Notes: generated from the sequence alone by a model not told the origin. Positions 45,744-55,637 are shown, counted from the first letter of the stretch. The stretch is DNA of 64,000 nt from Candidatus Peregrinibacteria bacterium CG11_big_fil_rev_8_21_14_0_20_49_14 (GCA_002787035.1 PCVP01000034.1:15902-79901), one strand, 5' to 3'. Translations and numbers: made by a program.

Positions 45744-48167
45744 TTACTCCTGTTTTTTACGCACTCCGAAGAGTTCGGGACGCTCTCCGAGTGGTGTAAG
45801 AGCCAGCTTACGCACAAGGAAACGTGTGATGACTATGGCTGTGAACATGGAGAGCAGAACACCGAGTCCGAGTGTGACTGCGAATCCTCGGACGATGGAC
45901 GTACCGATGGTAAACAGAATGGCACAGGTAATGAACGTGGAAACGTTTCCGTCTCGAATGCTCGGCCAAGCGCGCTTGAATCCTATTTCTGCGGCTGTGG
46001 TAAGAAGCTTTCCTTTTCGTAGTTCTTCTTTCATGCGTTCAAAAATAAGTACGTTCGCATCCACCGCCATACCGATACTCAGAATGATTCCCGCCATACC
46101 TGCCAAGCTGAGTACGATGTACTGACTTGAGAAGAGCAGCAACGGCAGTTTGAGCATTGCAAAGAAAATAAGTGCGTACACGCTCAGTGCAATATCTGCC
46201 ATAAGGCCGAGGAGACGGTACACAAGAATCATGTAGACCATCAGAATGATAATACCTATTACGGCGGCTCTCAGAGAGGTTTGCAGTGCTTCTGCGCCCA
46301 ATGTTGCTTCCACAGTACGCTGACCCGAGAGATAAATAGGAGCGGGAATGGCACCTGTGTTCAGATCTTGTGCCAAAGATTTGGCGTCATCGAAACTGCG
46401 CATACCCGTAATGATTGCAATGCCTCCGGAAATTTCTGTTTGAACGGTAGGAGCGGAAACAAGTTGGCCGCCCACAAATATGGCGATGCGTTTATCGATA
46501 TTATTTGCCGTAAGCTCTTGGAAAAGCTTGGCGCCTTCGTCGTCGAATGTAATTTGAACGACAGGGATGTTTGTAACGGGGTCCAATGTTACCGTTGCCG
46601 TTTGGAAGTGCTTGCCGTCCAACGGCGTGTCTTTCCATCCTGTCGGGATAAGAGAAAGGAAAATACTGCGCAGGAAGACCATGTCTTCCATGCTGCGTAC
46701 GTCGCCGTCCTGCAGACGCTTCAGCAGAGCTTCTGCTCTTGTGGTTGCACTTTCGCCTGTAACTTGCAGCTCTTCGAATGTTGCTTGATCTGCGTTATTT
46801 ACAGGGGTGGAGTCCGCTCTGATTATGTGGAAGCCGAATGCGGTTTCGACCGGGTCGGAAATTTGTCCTTTTGCAAGAGCAAATGATGCTTCGGCAAATG
46901 CGGGAACCATGGTATCGCGTCCGAATGTGCCCAGACTTCCTCCGTCCTTTCCGGAAGGTCCGTCGGAGTATGTGGCTGCCAATGATTCAAACGATTCTCC
47001 CGCAGTAAGTTTGCCCTTTATTTCAGTGGCCAATTCGAGAGCCTCTTCTTTGGTGCGAGTGACATCGAGACTGGCGGATGTTGCTCCTTCGTAGGCTATG
47101 AGAATATGGCTTGCTTCCATTTCTTCTCTTCCCGGCACGAAGCCCTGTAAGAAAAGAATTCGTGCGGAGTCATCTGCAAGAGTCACTGTGTGCAATTCTC
47201 CGGGTCGCATGCCGCGCAGAATGCCTGCCACAAGGGGATCTACCGTGGTGAGATCCTCTTTTTCATAAGAGAGGTGGGAAACTCCCTCTTCTTGCTTCTC
47301 CAGAAGATCAAATGCGATTCCTGCTTCATTTATAACACGACCGGTTTGCGTACGAGCACGAGAGACTTGAGAGAGGAAAATTCCGGGCACTTCTTGCTGA
47401 GCAGGATTTCCTTCGGCATCAGTTTGCTGAATGATAAGCACTCCTTCTCTGCGGTAGACAGTTTCTCCCGCAGGCTTGTTCCAGAGATCTTCCAACCCTT
47501 CAGGAAGCGCATCTTGAAAGTATCGTCCGTTGTCTATGTATGCCACTCCCAAATCGTCACTGATATCTTCGGCTACCACCTGCAGCGTGTCTCCACTTTG
47601 CGTAAACCGACGTAGCGTGGCGTCCGCCTTTTCTCGTACGGAGCTTTCAAACTCTTTTGTCGGTTCCGTAAATTCTTCCTTGAATTCAAGCTTAATGGTC
47701 TTACCCACCGTATCTATACACACTTGCGTATCTACGACACCGGGACACTCGACAAGAAGATGCTTCTCGTTTCCTATGTAGGAAGGTGTGATGGTTGACT
47801 CACTCACACCGAGGGCGTTTATGCGTCGTTCCAGAACCGTGCGAATGGCTTCCATTATGTTACGCTGCTGCGCCTCTATGTTACTGCGTTGCAACTGAAC
47901 CTGCGCAATGGCATCCGACGAGGCGTGCGATGCTTCCAGTTCTGCTATTTGCGCAGTCAGGTCAGCAATCTGCTGACGGATTTCTTCCTCGGATATACGG
48001 AAATCAAGTTGCGTACCTCCGGCAAGATCCAACCCGAAGTGCAGTCCCGCATTGCGAATAAAGCTCGGCGACCATTGTTTCGAACTCTCCGGCAATGCGA
48101 CAAGAATAAGAAAGAGTGCGACAACGCAAGTGATGATAGGCCATGTATACGATTGCTTCTTTGCCAT
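45744..48167 (-). CDS. secD: protein translocase subunit SecD with inserted parvulin PPIase domain
   Basis: GLDLAGG, ERRINALGVSE, GAIPAP, IGMAVDANVLIFER and VRGFAVTL; internal ASHILI...GGSLG.F....MVPAF...SDPVETAFGFHII. Confidence 0.93.
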   Translation of the reverse strand: MAKKQSYTWPIITCVVALFLILVALPESSKQWSPSFIRNAGLHFGLDLAGGTQLDFRISEEEIRQQIADLTAQIAELEASHASSDAIAQVQLQRSNIEAQQRNIMEAIRTVLERRINALGVSESTITPSYIGNEKHLLVECPGVVDTQVCIDTVGKTIKLEFKEEFTEPTKEFESSVREKADATLRRFTQSGDTLQVVAEDISDDLGVAYIDNGRYFQDALPEGLEDLWNKPAGETVYRREGVLIIQQTDAEGNPAQQEVPGIFLSQVSRARTQTGRVINEAGIAFDLLEKQEEGVSHLSYEKEDLTTVDPLVAGILRGMRPGELHTVTLADDSARILFLQGFVPGREEMEASHILIAYEGATSASLDVTRTKEEALELATEIKGKLTAGESFESLAATYSDGPSGKDGGSLGTFGRDTMVPAFAEASFALAKGQISDPVETAFGFHIIRADSTPVNNADQATFEELQVTGESATTRAEALLKRLQDGDVRSMEDMVFLRSIFLSLIPTGWKDTPLDGKHFQTATVTLDPVTNIPVVQITFDDEGAKLFQELTANNIDKRIAIFVGGQLVSAPTVQTEISGGIAIITGMRSFDDAKSLAQDLNTGAIPAPIYLSGQRTVEATLGAEALQTSLRAAVIGIIILMVYMILVYRLLGLMADIALSVYALIFFAMLKLPLLLFSSQYIVLSLAGMAGIILSIGMAVDANVLIFERMKEELRKGKLLTTAAEIGFKRAWPSIRDGNVSTFITCAILFTIGTSIVRGFAVTLGLGVLLSMFTAIVITRFLVRKLALTPLGERPELFGVRKKQE

Positions 48168-48173
48168 GCTGTG

Positions 48174-48830
48174 TTACGGAGCCAATGTAAATGTTACATG
48201 CATTCCCACGTTCACGTCATCGGCAAATACGTTTGCCAACTGAACCGTGGGAATATCTGTAATGATAATTTCATCTTTCAGTTCGTTCGTATCGACAAGG
48301 AGTTTGGAAACCAAGCTTCCGCGAACAAAAATTCCAATGTACTTGTTTTGATTTTCTTCAAATAAGGAACCCATTAAGTCGCGTCCCTCCTGTGTGAAGA
48401 GAATGCTTACTCTTCCTTTCCCTCCCGGTTCTTCGGAGGATTGCAGCCATTTCAGTTGCTCATGGGAAATGCCTGTTTTTTTAAATCCGCCGTGCCCCTC
48501 CACAACAACATCCGCATCTTCTGTGGACGATTCCAACATAATGTAGAGCTCGAACGGCGTTGTGAGTTCATCGGTAAGAATATCCAGGGCAGCTTGCTCT
48601 TTGGCTTCCACGTACATTTGGTTCTTACCGTTCTTTCGTTGCATATCGAGATCCACGAGTTCTTCTCCTATGTTTGCCATGCGCCTTTCTATGACACGAA
48701 GGCTCGCCAGAAGCAGCATGCTGCCACGCTCTTCATCGTCTGTGTTCAGCGTGACATTGTAGAGTACGGATGCTGTGCTGCACCCCGTAAGCAGGGGCAG
48801 AAGTGCCAAAAGAAGAAGTGGTCGTTTCAT
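48174..48830 (-). CDS. lipoprotein resembling the SecD periplasmic P1 domain
   Basis: LTGC lipobox; VIERRMANIG and VSILFTQEG...YIGIFVRGSLVS match segments of the adjacent SecD. Confidence 0.7.
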   Translation of the reverse strand: MKRPLLLLALLPLLTGCSTASVLYNVTLNTDDEERGSMLLLASLRVIERRMANIGEELVDLDMQRKNGKNQMYVEAKEQAALDILTDELTTPFELYIMLESSTEDADVVVEGHGGFKKTGISHEQLKWLQSSEEPGGKGRVSILFTQEGRDLMGSLFEENQNKYIGIFVRGSLVSKLLVDTNELKDEIIITDIPTVQLANVFADDVNVGMHVTFTLAP

Positions 48831-48881
48831 GTGGTAGCGAGTGTAGGGAAGCTGAGTCCCTCATGCAATCAGGAGATGCTG

Positions 48882-49838
48882 TTAGTTTTGTGTCAATATT
48901 GTGCCGGATCTGAGCATCTTTCCTGTCAGGTCTATCCCTTTCAGGGAGCAGTGTACATCCAGTATGCAGTCTGTGAGTACGCAGTCTTCCACCGTGCAAC
49001 CGTCAAAAAGAACCACATTTTCAAGTACACTCTTGCGGATTGTGACGTTTTCACCCGCCACGACCGTGCCATGCACTTCTGTTTCTTCCATCTGTGCGGT
49101 TGCATGGAGCAGTGCTTTTTCGCCTACCAGTGCTTTGGTCGCTTCCAGGTATGCGTCGAAAGATCCTATATCGAACCATGGTTCCTCGAATATATATGCC
49201 GCAACGGGCTTTCCCTTTGAGAGCAGTTCTTCAAATATGCCTCCGACGTTATCGGGGTGATTTGCCGCGTAGGCACAGAGAATAGGAATGGCAGATGCCG
49301 GCAGATACGAACACCCTGTGCTGACAAGCGTTGTTTTCGGTTCCCGGGGTTTCTCCTCGAATGCTTCTATTGTCCTGCCGTCTTTTCCCACTATGACCGT
49401 ACCGAATGCCTTTGCTGCCTCCAGGTTCCCGATATCGTATGCGGCGAGCAGTGCGGTATCCGGACTTGTTTCTTTAAGGAAGGAATCCATGGAAAATCCG
49501 CAGTAGTTGTCTCCCGTAAGCAGCAACAGGTCCTCCGCGAAGTTCTGCTGCGTCACCCATGTGGCAACCGCACCGAGAGCGCCGAGTTTATGGTCGTCGT
49601 GCGCCGCATCTTCTATGACAATGGAGACATTCGGTCGCTGCAGCGTTGCATGCCACTGTTCAAAGCCTTCTCGCAATGCAGCATTGGTGCTGACTGTAAT
49701 GGGAATCTCTTTCGGTATTTGTTCCACGAGATGCGAAATAATCGGCTTACCGGCAAGGGGCAGAAGCGGCTTTGCCCGTTTCTCGGTGAGTGGCCAGAGG
49801 CGAGTGGCAAATCCGCCGGCGAGTATGAATGCGTGCAT
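48882..49838 (-). CDS. sugar-phosphate nucleotidyltransferase
   Basis: LAGGFATRLWPLT..AKPLL, GDN, FEEKP, WFDIG and C-terminal hexapeptide repeats. Confidence 0.92.
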   Translation of the reverse strand: MHAFILAGGFATRLWPLTEKRAKPLLPLAGKPIISHLVEQIPKEIPITVSTNAALREGFEQWHATLQRPNVSIVIEDAAHDDHKLGALGAVATWVTQQNFAEDLLLLTGDNYCGFSMDSFLKETSPDTALLAAYDIGNLEAAKAFGTVIVGKDGRTIEAFEEKPREPKTTLVSTGCSYLPASAIPILCAYAANHPDNVGGIFEELLSKGKPVAAYIFEEPWFDIGSFDAYLEATKALVGEKALLHATAQMEETEVHGTVVAGENVTIRKSVLENVVLFDGCTVEDCVLTDCILDVHCSLKGIDLTGKMLRSGTILTQN

Positions 49839-49841
49839 AGG

Positions 49842-50654
49842 CTAGCGGAAAAACCAAGTCCACCAGTGTTCTTTGGGACTTACGATGGTTACGGGCTGAC
49901 CTTCCAGCGTATCGATACGCTCGTCTCGTTCCACGATACCCAGAACCGACGGCAGCAGCAGATACGTGCAACCGCGTTGGCGGCATGCACTCAGAAGGTT
50001 GAGTGACTGCTCCAAATCACTGCATTGTATGAGGTGCGTGATGCGCTCGCTTTCCATTATTTCTTCCAATTTGTTCAGCTTGCCACGTACGGGCACGCCT
50101 TCCACTTCACTTTCTTTGGAGCCTTTGCCATCCAGTATGGCAACGGGCTTTAAAGGGTGACTGCTTTCGTTAAGCTTGCGAATAAGTCGTGCGGATTCAC
50201 GTGTGACTCCTATGACCAGAGTGGGGAATGCCGCAGGATCTCTCCGTAAAATTCGGCGAAGCAACACGGAGTACGCAATGTGCCACAACCATATGCCTGC
50301 CGCACTGAAAACGAACGCCATAATAAGGAGCATACGACTGAAGAACTGTTCGTACCGGAAATAGTACACCAGTGTGAACAGTGCCACTCCCACCAGGGCT
50401 GAGTAGGTAATATAGGCAGCATTTCTCATGGTCGCTTGCGATCTTGTCAGCGAAAATGTTCGTGTTGTTGCCAGTACAAGCAGCCATACGGGCGCAACCG
50501 TTACGACGGCAGTCAGAAAATTACCGAACGGGAAATCCGAGGAAAATATCCATCCCACACGCAAAAAGTATGCGAGGCAAAACACTGCCATAAAGAGTGT
50601 GATATCGCTGAGAAGCCACAGAAGAACAAGCGTACGGTATCTCATAAGATGCAC
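49842..50654 (-). CDS. WcaJ-like N-terminal module (4 TM + Rossmann-like domain) without the phosphoglycosyltransferase domain
   Basis: LLSD TM1, FSR, TLVIG and GVPVRG motifs; ends where the catalytic domain normally starts. Confidence 0.7.
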   Translation of the reverse strand: MHLMRYRTLVLLWLLSDITLFMAVFCLAYFLRVGWIFSSDFPFGNFLTAVVTVAPVWLLVLATTRTFSLTRSQATMRNAAYITYSALVGVALFTLVYYFRYEQFFSRMLLIMAFVFSAAGIWLWHIAYSVLLRRILRRDPAAFPTLVIGVTRESARLIRKLNESSHPLKPVAILDGKGSKESEVEGVPVRGKLNKLEEIMESERITHLIQCSDLEQSLNLLSACRQRGCTYLLLPSVLGIVERDERIDTLEGQPVTIVSPKEHWWTWFFR

Positions 50655-50697
50655 GCTTTAGCGTACGGCAAGTTTCCCGCTCCGTGAAGCAGCTTTC

Positions 50698-51606
50698 CTA
50701 TCTTCGTGCCAACAGATCCGATGGCGGCATCCATTCGTAGGCCAGTTTGGTTATATCCCACGGCACTGTGCCACTCCACTGCGTATCACTTTTGGCGACC
50801 ACCGGTATGCCGGGAAGGTGCTGCCGGAACCAGTTGTATTTCTGGGCAATGGCAGGGTTTTCCTGTGCTCGTTGCGCAAACACTTCGCGATGAAGCATGT
50901 AGTATACGAAGCTCTCTGCAAAGTCTTCGAACATATCCCACGATGCATAGCCGGATACGAAGTCTTCGGGTTGAGAACCTGGTCGAGGAGTTTCTGCCGC
51001 CAACCAAGAGATTGCGTAAAAACTGACACTTTGGTCGTTGCCCCATATGGGCTCCGAACGGTCTTTGTAATTCGTACCGCCTCCTGCCGTTGTTCCTACC
51101 AAACAACCCAAATCAAATACGTGTCCGAATTCATGAAAGAAGAGCGCACGGAATTCATCGTCCGGCACGTGCCCCGCCAGAATCATTGTGGATTTTCCGG
51201 AGAGACCTCTGTGTTCGGGATTATCGTAACGGACGTAGAATTTTTGAAGCACCTTCTGACAACGCTCCGGCATAAGACGAAGACCTTGGTCTGCCATGAG
51301 TTTATGTTTTAATTCTATGTCTTTCTGATCGATAACAGGAGAGAGAGTCGCCACTCGCGGGCTCGGAGCCACTGCCGCACCTCTTTGTATGTGCATCTGC
51401 CTCAAATAGGTACGAGTGTACGATGTGTACCGAGGGTATCCCGCTGCATAGAGTTCTTCGTTTTTACTGCGAATAGCCGCACTCCAGACCTGCCGAATAC
51501 TTGCAGAGTCTGCAAGATATGGTACGCTCGTGTCAGAAGGCACGCTTGTATGCGTGGTACCACTGAAGAGGAAGAGCGCGGAGAGGAAGAGAGCGGTTTC
51601 TCGCAT
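50698..51606 (-). CDS. secreted zincin-like metallopeptidase
   Basis: Signal-like N-terminus; HEFGH and FVSGYA...EDFAES motifs. Confidence 0.75.
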   Translation of the reverse strand: MRETALFLSALFLFSGTTHTSVPSDTSVPYLADSASIRQVWSAAIRSKNEELYAAGYPRYTSYTRTYLRQMHIQRGAAVAPSPRVATLSPVIDQKDIELKHKLMADQGLRLMPERCQKVLQKFYVRYDNPEHRGLSGKSTMILAGHVPDDEFRALFFHEFGHVFDLGCLVGTTAGGGTNYKDRSEPIWGNDQSVSFYAISWLAAETPRPGSQPEDFVSGYASWDMFEDFAESFVYYMLHREVFAQRAQENPAIAQKYNWFRQHLPGIPVVAKSDTQWSGTVPWDITKLAYEWMPPSDLLARR

Positions 51607-51649
51607 GTGGGGCAAAAAAAGGAATAATTTATACTATAATTATTAAACA

Positions 51650-53101
51650 ATGTCAATACTTGAAGAGCCGTCTGTCCATACCGGGCAACAGCACACAGTC
51701 ACCATAGAAAAGTTAACCCATGGGGGCGCAGGACTTGCTCATATAGACGGAATGGCCGTTTTTGTGCCCGGCACCGTACCCGGACAGCAAGTGGCAATTA
51801 CGATCACCAAAAAGAAGGATGGACACTGTGAATCCAAGGTTATGAAGGTGCTGAAGCGCTCCAAAGATGAAATTCAGCCCCGTTGTGCCCATTTTCATGA
51901 TTGCGGAGGGTGTACGTGGCAAAATTTGTCGTATGACAAGCAGATTAACTATAAAGAGGAGATTGTTCGGGAAACCATCGAACATCTCACACCCATAGAC
52001 AAAGCAGAACGGGCAAAACTGCCCGGAAGAGTGCTGAAAATCATTCCCAGCCCGCAGGTATTTCATTATCGCAATAAGCTGGAACTGAGTTTCGGATACG
52101 AAAACATGCGCTGCGAGGATAAAGAGGGGCGTCGCATATACTTCGATGAAAATCCCAGTATTGGCTTTCATCAGCCGGGGCAGTGGGCGACGGTACTGCC
52201 TGTGACTGAATGTCATTTATACGATGAGCAGATCGGGACACTTCTTTCCGATGTGCGCAGATTTATGCAGGATACGAAGTTGCCTGTGTACAACCCGAAA
52301 ACACACAAAGGAATGCTGCGCACGCTGCTGCTTCGTCGCGGAGTGCAGACAGGAGAGCATATGCTCGCTTTTGTTGTGAAGGCGAAGAAGAAGGAGCTGG
52401 AGCCGCTGTTTCAGTACTTCATGCGTTTCGGCGGACGGTCCGGTTTGAAATCTCTGCTTGTGGTGGAGAACATAGGACAGAATGATAAGCCGGAGAATCC
52501 GAAGATACACTCTCTCATCGGTGGTACTACCATCACGGAGCGCCTCTTCGATCTTACGTTTGAAATTTCACCGTTCTCTTTCTTCCAGACCAACACACTT
52601 GCAACGGAAAAATTGTACCAAGCAATTGTGGAAGGTGCGGATTTGACTATGCGAGATACCGTGCTCGATGCCTACTGCGGTATGGGAACCATAGGCCAGT
52701 ATTTGGCAAGGTTTTGCGAGAAGGTTGTCGGTGTGGAAAGTCACCCCAGCGCGGTGGAAGATGCACTTCGCAGTGCGGGGAAGAACAGAATCGGGAACAT
52801 CAGTTTCTACAAAGGCAGAACGGAACAAGTGTTGCACCAGCAGTTGAAAGCGGGCGGCAAATACAAGTTCTCCGTTGTGGTGGTGGATCCTCCGCGTGCG
52901 GGGTTGCACCCGCAGGCAAGAGAAGCGGTCATAGCGCATTCTCCGGAGAGAATTGTGTATGTTTCCTGCAATACCGCCACCTTTGCACGAGATCTCGCAG
53001 AATTCCTGAAAGCAGGGTACGAGCTGCGAACGGTACAGCCTGTGGATATGTTCCCGCACACGGCACACATAGAAACAGTGTCTGTGCTTCAGAAGAAGTA
53101 A
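51650..53101 (+). CDS. rlmD: 23S rRNA (uracil-C5)-methyltransferase
   Basis: TRAM domain, C...CGGC, YRNK, SFFQTN, DPPRAG, YVSCN and DMFPHTAHIE motifs. Confidence 0.93.
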   Translation: MSILEEPSVHTGQQHTVTIEKLTHGGAGLAHIDGMAVFVPGTVPGQQVAITITKKKDGHCESKVMKVLKRSKDEIQPRCAHFHDCGGCTWQNLSYDKQINYKEEIVRETIEHLTPIDKAERAKLPGRVLKIIPSPQVFHYRNKLELSFGYENMRCEDKEGRRIYFDENPSIGFHQPGQWATVLPVTECHLYDEQIGTLLSDVRRFMQDTKLPVYNPKTHKGMLRTLLLRRGVQTGEHMLAFVVKAKKKELEPLFQYFMRFGGRSGLKSLLVVENIGQNDKPENPKIHSLIGGTTITERLFDLTFEISPFSFFQTNTLATEKLYQAIVEGADLTMRDTVLDAYCGMGTIGQYLARFCEKVVGVESHPSAVEDALRSAGKNRIGNISFYKGRTEQVLHQQLKAGGKYKFSVVVVDPPRAGLHPQAREAVIAHSPERIVYVSCNTATFARDLAEFLKAGYELRTVQPVDMFPHTAHIETVSVLQKK

Positions 53102-53109
53102 TTGCGACT

Positions 53110-53604
53110 ATGCATAAAATCACACTGCTCTGCGTAGGCTCTCTTAAGTCTTCCTGGGCGGCGGAAGGGTGTGCGCAATATACCGAACGACTGCGAAGTG
53201 CCATGGATTTGGAAATAGTGGAGTTGGCTGCCAGCAAAGAGAAAGACCCGGAACGCCAACTGAAAGAGGAGAGTGCGAAGATTCTCGATGCCATTGCAAA
53301 GAGATCGGGACGTGTGTGGGTGCTGGATGAAACTGGCAAATCTTTCACGTCATCTGCATATTCCGATGCTCTTATTGCCCTGCGCAACGAAGGACAGCCT
53401 CTTATTTTCGTCATAGGAGGTGCGTACGGGCTGAGTGATGACGTTCGAACCAAGGCGGATACGATGCTTCGCCTCAGCGATATGACTCTTCCGCACGAGC
53501 TCTGTCGTGTGTTCTTTCTGGAGCAACTGTACCGCGCAATGCAGATAGAGAAGGGGGCCGGCCGTCGCCAAGGCTATGGCCGGCAGGGCGGATATCATCA
53601 TTGA
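53110..53604 (+). CDS. rlmH: 23S rRNA (pseudouridine1915-N3)-methyltransferase
   Basis: LDETGK, FVIGGAYGL, MTLPHE, EQLYRA and terminal YHH. Confidence 0.95.
   Translation: MHKITLLCVGSLKSSWAAEGCAQYTERLRSAMDLEIVELAASKEKDPERQLKEESAKILDAIAKRSGRVWVLDETGKSFTSSAYSDALIALRNEGQPLIFVIGGAYGLSDDVRTKADTMLRLSDMTLPHELCRVFFLEQLYRAMQIEKGAGRRQGYGRQGGYHH
53557..53584. repeat. REP-like palindrome inserted in frame in rlmH
   Basis: GCCGGCC-GTCGCC-AA-GGCTAT-GGCCGGC hairpin, translated as ...GRRQGYGRQ... Confidence 0.6.
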
Positions 53605-53667
53605 GTGGTATTCATAGTCATTATTTAAACTGATGCATATGTGTGAAGTTTCTGTACAATGACGGGT

Positions 53668-54033
53668 ATGAAACTTCGTGAAATAGCACGCCTTACGTGG
53701 CTTCCCGTTGTGGGAGCGTCGCTTTGTTGCCTGAGTCCCATAGTGGTTGTACTGCTCGGACTCGGTTCGGTGACGTTCGCAAGTTCGTTGGCAGATACGC
53801 TCTACCATGATTACAAGTGGGTCTTTCGTAGTGTCGGCCTTTTGCTTCTCGTTATTGCCGTGGTGTGGCACTTCCGGAAGAAGGGTGTGTGTACGCTCAA
53901 TCAGGCAAAGCGTCATACGAATGAAATACTCAACACGGTACTCATTACTCTCTTTGCGGGAGTACTGGGGTATGTGCTCTTCCTGTACGTCGTGGTGCAT
54001 TACGTGGGAGTGTGGCTGCTCTTGTGGGCGTAG
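53668..54033 (+). CDS. MerT-like 3-TM protein with CC motif (copy 1)
   Basis: ASLCCLSP in TM1 and a loop Cys (GVCT); homologous to 61207..61572. Confidence 0.7.
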   Translation: MKLREIARLTWLPVVGASLCCLSPIVVVLLGLGSVTFASSLADTLYHDYKWVFRSVGLLLLVIAVVWHFRKKGVCTLNQAKRHTNEILNTVLITLFAGVLGYVLFLYVVVHYVGVWLLLWA

Positions 54034-54066
54034 TGTGAGAAGGTCTGCGGATAGATTGCGGTATGC

Positions 54067-54483
54067 ATGGAATATGCGTACCTTTTTCCCCTTATGGACG
54101 GTTTGAAGGAAGATCCCGTACCGGCAATTGTATCGAAAATTCTTGGAGATCAAGAGTCGAGCTCCGCACTGCTCAACACGTGGCTTGCCCGGCAGGAGGG
54201 AGAGACATTCGAGTCCGCTGCCGCCGCACAGGAACGTATAGATACCATCATCGCACTTGTTTCCAATGCCGGTTTTGATTTGATAATCAACAATATGCCC
54301 GCCACTATTTATGTGCGTGAACGCGGAGAAAAGAAGAGAATATCGCTGGAAAAAAAGTCGCAATGCTCAGAAGGGCGGCAGACAAATCTTGGATCTTCAA
54401 AATTTCTTCCTCCTATGTCTGTGCGGGCGAAATCGGACGTCCGTGCTTTTTTGGAGAGGGGAGGCGACAATCATTCCGTTTAA
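54067..54483 (+). CDS. hypothetical protein
   Basis: 138-aa ORF; no recognisable motif. Confidence 0.5.
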   Translation: MEYAYLFPLMDGLKEDPVPAIVSKILGDQESSSALLNTWLARQEGETFESAAAAQERIDTIIALVSNAGFDLIINNMPATIYVRERGEKKRISLEKKSQCSEGRQTNLGSSKFLPPMSVRAKSDVRAFLERGGDNHSV

Positions 54484-54935
54484 AACGCAGTAGTGAGCCG
54501 ATCACTCTTTTCTTGTTGCAGATACCGCTTCATATTTGAACGTTCCATAAAACCGTTTCCAAATCCGAGAGTTGTAATTTGGGGTCGTCCGACAGAGAGC
54601 ACAGTGGAAGTGCCGAAGAATCCTTTTCTTTCTTCCGCATGAATCTCTCTCCACGGAATAAGAATGGGGGAGTGCCCGAAGCGAAAAGGTATCATGGGAA
54701 TCATATAGAGCCCCCGAGAAGACACCTGAATATGCAAGGCATTGTTATAAGAAACTTTTCCGATAGTTGCACTCTGAAAGTGATACGTTGTTCCTGTGGG
54801 CATACCCAGTGTCGGATATTTGTTTTGCAGTTTGCTCCATGTTCCTACTTTGGATGAAAGTGCGCATACCGAAATCCAGAGAAGAACGCATGCTCCCGCG
54901 ATTGCCAGCCCTATGTTCATATCGAATATTTGCAC
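54480..54935 (-). CDS. hypothetical membrane-anchored protein
   Basis: N-terminal TM; RGLY...FRFGHSPILIPW..I segment; TATACT just upstream of the start. Confidence 0.7.
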   Translation of the reverse strand: MQIFDMNIGLAIAGACVLLWISVCALSSKVGTWSKLQNKYPTLGMPTGTTYHFQSATIGKVSYNNALHIQVSSRGLYMIPMIPFRFGHSPILIPWREIHAEERKGFFGTSTVLSVGRPQITTLGFGNGFMERSNMKRYLQQEKSDRLTTAF

Positions 54936-55008
54936 ACGGAGAGTATAGCTACATTATGAGTAATCGCATGGAAGAAAAGGCACAAGCTTGCTACGATACA
55001 CCACTTCC

Positions 55009-55275
55009 ATGGCTTCCAAATTTTCAAAGAGAATCATGCTCGGCCACAGTATCATTGCCCTCTGCTGTGCTGCGTTTCTGTTTGTCGGCATCTATATTCA
55101 GGGCATATGGAAAGAGCTGCCGAGTATCGAAAATCCGAATGCGTTACTTGCAAGACAGAGTCTTGTGATTCAAGACAGAAATGGCAATGAGCTGTATAGA
55201 TTTTATGACGAAGAAGATCGCAGATTATTGCATTCTGATATTTTTTGGTCGCTATTTTATTCTGGTAGCCCGTAG
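55009..55275 (+). pseudogene. truncated class A penicillin-binding protein (N-terminus only)
   Basis: TM, then ELPSIE...QSLVIQDRNGNELYRFYDEEDR, typical of a PBP1A N-terminus. Similarity stops at about 55228, before the transglycosylase motifs. Confidence 0.7.
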
Positions 55276-55637
55276 GAGAATCCCTTCGACTCCTCCTCAC
55301 TTTGTTCGTCGTCGCTCAGGATAAACTTCGATTCCACTGCAGTTATCATCAAATCCGTCAGTGCACACAAGGTGCACTTCCGCATTTGTGGTAGAACGAC
55401 GGGGTCTGACAACAAAATAGTTGAGTCCCAGACAAGGTTTTTGAGGGGGTCATTTTGAGTACGCGAAGGCCAAAGGGTCTGTCGGTCAAATGAGACAAAT
55501 GAGACAGTACAACAGGGGGGTGTCTCATGCTGGACAAATACGATATTTTGGCTTATATAAGCCATTTTTAGGAGGCAGTTGACTGAAAATACTTATTATA
55601 TTTTGCCATCCTATATTATTGCCCAGTCTTTTACATT

